Positions 59,930 to 64,000 of a stretch of DNA of 64,000 nucleotides are shown one piece after another. Positions within the stretch are counted from its first letter, which is position 1; the number at the start of each line of letters is the position of its first letter. The position numbers and the translations under genes were made by a program. This DNA comes from Hemiscyllium ocellatum (lineage: Eukaryota): the NCBI RefSeq assembly GCF_020745735.1, contig NC_083402.1:7688001-7752000 (forward strand). Direction: 5' to 3'. The notes under the pieces are model-generated. The model did not search any database and had not been told where the DNA came from. It saw only the letters and a program-made list of their open reading frames with translations.

Positions 59930-62900
59930 AGAACAAAGAAAATTACAGCACAGGAACAGGCCCTTCAGCCCTCCAAGCCTGTACTGCTCCAGATCCTTTG
60001 TCTAAACCTGTCACCTATTTTCTAAGGATCTGTACCCCTCTGCTCTCGCCCATTCATGTCTCTGTCTGGATACATCTTAAATGTATCGTGCCCACCTCTA
60101 CCACCTCCACTGGCAACCCGTTCCAGGCACTCACCACCAATCTGCGTAAACAACCTTCCACACATATCTCCCTTAATCTTAGAACATAGAGCATCGAACA
60201 GTACAGCACAGAACAGGCCCTGCAGCCCTCAATGTTGTGCTGACCTGTAAAATATTCTAAGCCCATCTGCCTACACTATCACATCATTATCCATGTGCTT
60301 ATCCAAGGATTGTTTGAATCTCCCTAATGTGGCTGAGTTAACTACATTAGCAGGTCGGGCATTCCACACCCTTATCACTCTGAGTAAAGAACCTGCCTCT
60401 AAAATCTGTCTTAAATATATCACCCCTCAATTTGTAGTTATGCCCCCTCGTACAAGCTGATGTCATTATCTGAGGAAAAAGGCGCTCACTTTCTACTCTA
60501 TCTCATCCTCTGATCATCTTGTATGTCTCTATCAAATCCCCTCTTAGCCTTCTTCTTTCCAATGAGAACAGACTGAAGTCTCTCAGCCTTTCCTCATAAG
60601 ACCTTCCCTCCAGACCAGGCAACATCCTGGTAAATTTCCTCTGCTTCTTTTCCAATGCTTCCACATCCTTCCTGTAATGGGGCGACCAGAACTGTACACA
60701 ATATTCCAAGTGCAGCTGCACTAGCATTTTGTATAGTTGCAACATGACATTGCAGCTCCAGAACTCAATCCCTCTACCAATGAAACCTAACACACGGAAT
60801 GCCTTCTTAACAGCACAATCAATCTGGGTGGCAACTTTCAGGGATCTATGTACATGGACTCCAAGATCCCTCTGCACATCCACACTACCAAGAATCTTTC
60901 CATTGACTCAGTACTCTGCCCTCTTGTTATTCTTCCCTATGTGAATCACCTCACATTTTGCTGCATTGAACCCCATTTGTCACCTGTCAGCCCAGTTCTG
61001 CAGTTTATCCAAGTCCCCCTGCAACCTGTAGCATTCTTCCACACTGTTCACCACTCCACCAACTTCATCTGTAAACTTACTCACCCATCCACCTATGCCT
61101 GCATCCAAGTCATTTATAAAAATGACTTCCAATTAAACCTGTTGGACTATAACCTGGTGTTGTGTGATTTTTAACTTTGTACACCCCAGTCCAACACCGG
61201 CATCTCCAAATTATAAAAATGACAAACAGCAGTGGTCCCAAAACAGATCATTGGGGCACACTACGAGTAACTGGACGCCAGGCTAAATATTTTCCATCAA
61301 CCATCACTCATTGCCTCCTTTCAGAAAGCTAGTTTCTAATTCAAACTGCTAAATCACCCTCAATCCCATGCCTCTGCATTTTCTCCAACAGCCCTTATCA
61401 AAGGATTTACTGAAGTCCATGTATACCACGTCAACTGCCCTACCCTCACCTGCATGCTTGGTCACCTTCTCAAAACACTCAATGTGAGACACGACCTGCC
61501 CTTGACAAAACTATGTTGACGATCTGAAATCAAATTGTTGCTAGCTAGATGATTATAAATCTTATCTTTTATAATCTTTTCCAAAACCTTTCCTACAACA
61601 GAAGTGAGACTCACTGGTCCATAATTACCTGGTCATCCCTCTTGCCCTCCTTGAACAAGGGCACAACATTTGCAATCCTCCAGTCCTCTGGTACTAAACC
61701 TGTTGACAATGATGACTTGAATATCAAAGCCAAAGCTTCTGCTATCTCCTCCATAACTTCCCAGAGAATTCCATCCAGCCCAGGGGGACTTGTCTAGAAT
61801 TGATCTTGTATCTCATTCATCTCCTCTACAATGTTCTCCTTTTCCTGAGTGAAAACCGATGAGAAATGTTCATTTAGCACATCTCTGATCTTCACAGTGT
61901 CCACACTCAACTTCCCACTTCTGTCTTTGACTGGTCCTATTCCTACCCTAGTCATCCTTTTATTCCTCACACATCTATAGAAAGATTTAGGGTTTTCCTT
62001 TATTCTACCTGCTAAAAACTGCTCATGTCCCCTCTTTGCTCTTCTTAATTCTCTTTGAATCCTTCCTAGCTAATCTCACCATCGCTTCATCTGAACCATC
62101 TTGTCTCATCAACATATAAACTTCCTTTTTACACTTAACAAGAGATGCAATTTCCGCAGTAAACCACGGTTCCCTTACCTTACAACTTCCTCCCTGCCTG
62201 ACAGGGACATACCTATCAAGGACACGCAATATCTGATCCTTAAACCAGTTCCATATTTCCATTGTCCCCATCCCCTGCATTTTGATAACCCATTCTCTGC
62301 ATCCTAATTCTTGACTAATCGTGTTCTTATTGCCCTTGCCCCTTGACTTGTGGCATGTACCTATCCCTTTCCATCGTTAAACTAAGCATAACTGAATTAT
62401 GGTCACTCTCTCCAAAGTGCTCACTTACAACTAAATCAAACACCTGGCCTGGTTCATTACCAAGCACCAGATCCAGTGTGGCCTCCCCTCTTGTCGGCCC
62501 CTCGACATACTGTGTCAGGAAACCCTGCTGTACACATTGGACAAAAGCTGATCCAACCGAAGTACTAGAGTTATAGCATTTCCAGTCAATGTTGGGGAAA
62601 TTAAAGTCCCCATAATGATCATCCTGTTCCTTTCACTCCTACTCAGAATCATTTTGCCAATCCTCTCCTCCACCTCCCTGGATCTCTGCAGAGGCCTATA
62701 AAAAAAACTCCCAGCAGTGTGACCTCTCCTCTCCTGTTTCTAACCTCAGCCCAAACTACCTCAGGAGTAGTATGGTGTCAAAAGTTCTTTCAGCTACCAT
62801 TATACTTTCCTTGATGAACAAGGCTACACCTCCCCCTCTTTTACCGCCTTGCCTGTTCTTAATGAATGATCTGAATCCTGAAAACCTGCAATATCCATTC

Positions 62901-63600
62901 CTCACCCTGGTCTATCCATGTATCCAAAAGGGCCACAACATCGAAATCCCAGGTACTCATCAATGCTGCAAGCTCACCTACTGTATTCCGCATACTCCTG
63001 GCATTGAAGTAGACACACTTCAAACCAGCTTGATGTCTGCCAGCACACTCCTGTGACCATGAAATCCTGTCCCTGTCCTCCCTACTCTCATCCTCCTGTC
63101 TACTGGAACTACACCTCAGGTTCCCATCCCTCTGTTTAAACCCACCCGATTAGCACCAGCAAATTTTCCACCTGGGATATTAGTACCCCTCTGGTTCAAG
63201 TGAAGACCATCCTGTTTGTGCAAGTCGCACCTTCCCCAGAATGAGCCCCAATTGTCCAAGTACCTGAAACCCTCCCTCCTACACCATCTATGTTCAACTG
63301 ATATCTCTCTGTATTCCTTGCCTCGCTATCATGTGGCACGGGAAACAAACCAGAGATAACAACTCTGTTTGTTCTAGCTCTCAGCTTCCACCCTAGCTCC
63401 CTGAAATCCTGCCTTACATCCCTATCTCTCTTTCTACCTATGTTGTCGGTACCTACATGGACCACGACTTGCGGCTGGTCACCCTCTCCCTTCAGGACCC
63501 CAAAGATACGATCCAAGACATCATGGACCCTGGCATCTGGGAGGAACACACCAACTGTGAGTCTCATCAATTTCCAACAAAAAAACCTTTCCCCTGTCAC
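59930..63600 (-). mobile_element. Long decayed CR1 LINE(s) including ORF1 SGNH esterase and ORF2
   Basis: LPDARVHDV..GEGDQPQVVVHVGTDNIGRK at 63196-63600 and LYKMLV..HLEYCVQFWSPHYRKD at 60503-60883. (ACAAAGA)n/(AACATAG)n tails at ~59925 and ~60180. Confidence 0.85.
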
Positions 63601-63619
63601 TTTGAACTCATGACCCCTC

Positions 63620-64000
63620 GTAACTGAGACCCCACTCCGGGAAAAAGCTTCTTGCTATCCACCCTGTCTTACCTCTCATGATTTTGTAGACCTCAATCAG
63701 GTGCCCCTCAACCTCTGTCTTCCTAATGAAAATAATCCTAATCTGCTCAACCTCTTTTCATAGCCAGCATCCCATTATACCAGACAATATCCTGGTGAAC
63801 CTCATTTGCACCCTCTCCAAAGCATCCACATCCTTTTGGTTACGTGGTGACCAGATGGGTACATAAGATTTCAAACATGGCGGAACCAAAATCTTATACA
63901 ACCATAACATGACCTACCAACTCCTGTACTCAATACCCCGCCTGATAAAGGAAACCATGCTGTATACCTTCTCGAGCACTCTATCGAACTGCATTGTAAC
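63620..64000 (-). mobile_element. CR1 3' fragment running off the window
   Basis: Same C-terminal CR1 sequence as 18300-18650. Confidence 0.7.

Noticed and set aside
1-64000. Prokaryotic features (CRISPR, operons, rRNA)
   Set aside because: None seen; the sequence is spliceosomal-intron-containing vertebrate DNA.

Overview
Eukaryotic, repeat-rich DNA. The HE1/V-SINE, CR1, Penelope and DeuSINE repeat content points to a cartilaginous fish, probably a shark (inference). About 97% of the window is intronic or transposon-derived. The only host coding content is a set of + strand Ig-superfamily receptor exons. They are one signal-peptide exon (1237-1300), two copies of a two-exon cassette, and, after a 200-N assembly gap, a TM exon (56773-56874) and two cytoplasmic exons (58170-58209, 59375-59501). 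Each cassette has a Siglec-15-like V-set exon that keeps the sialic-acid-binding Arg (12672-13058, 35154-35540) and a second V-type exon lacking that Arg (16558-16905, 44985-45332). All ectodomain exons are phase 1-1 and splice in frame. The cassette lies in a tandem segmental duplication that starts downstream of the leader (unit 1 ~1729-23995, unit 2 ~23996-54392, unit 3 starting ~54393 and cut by the gap). The simplest reading is one gene encoding a multi-V 'L-(V1-V2)n-TM-cyt' receptor. The two V2 copies differ almost only in their CDR1- and CDR3-like loops. The TM has no Lys and the tail has no Tyr motif. Whether the TM exons belong to the same gene cannot be settled because of the gap. 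Exons were identified by eye from splice signals and reading frame, with no expression data or database search. Repeat boundaries are approximate.
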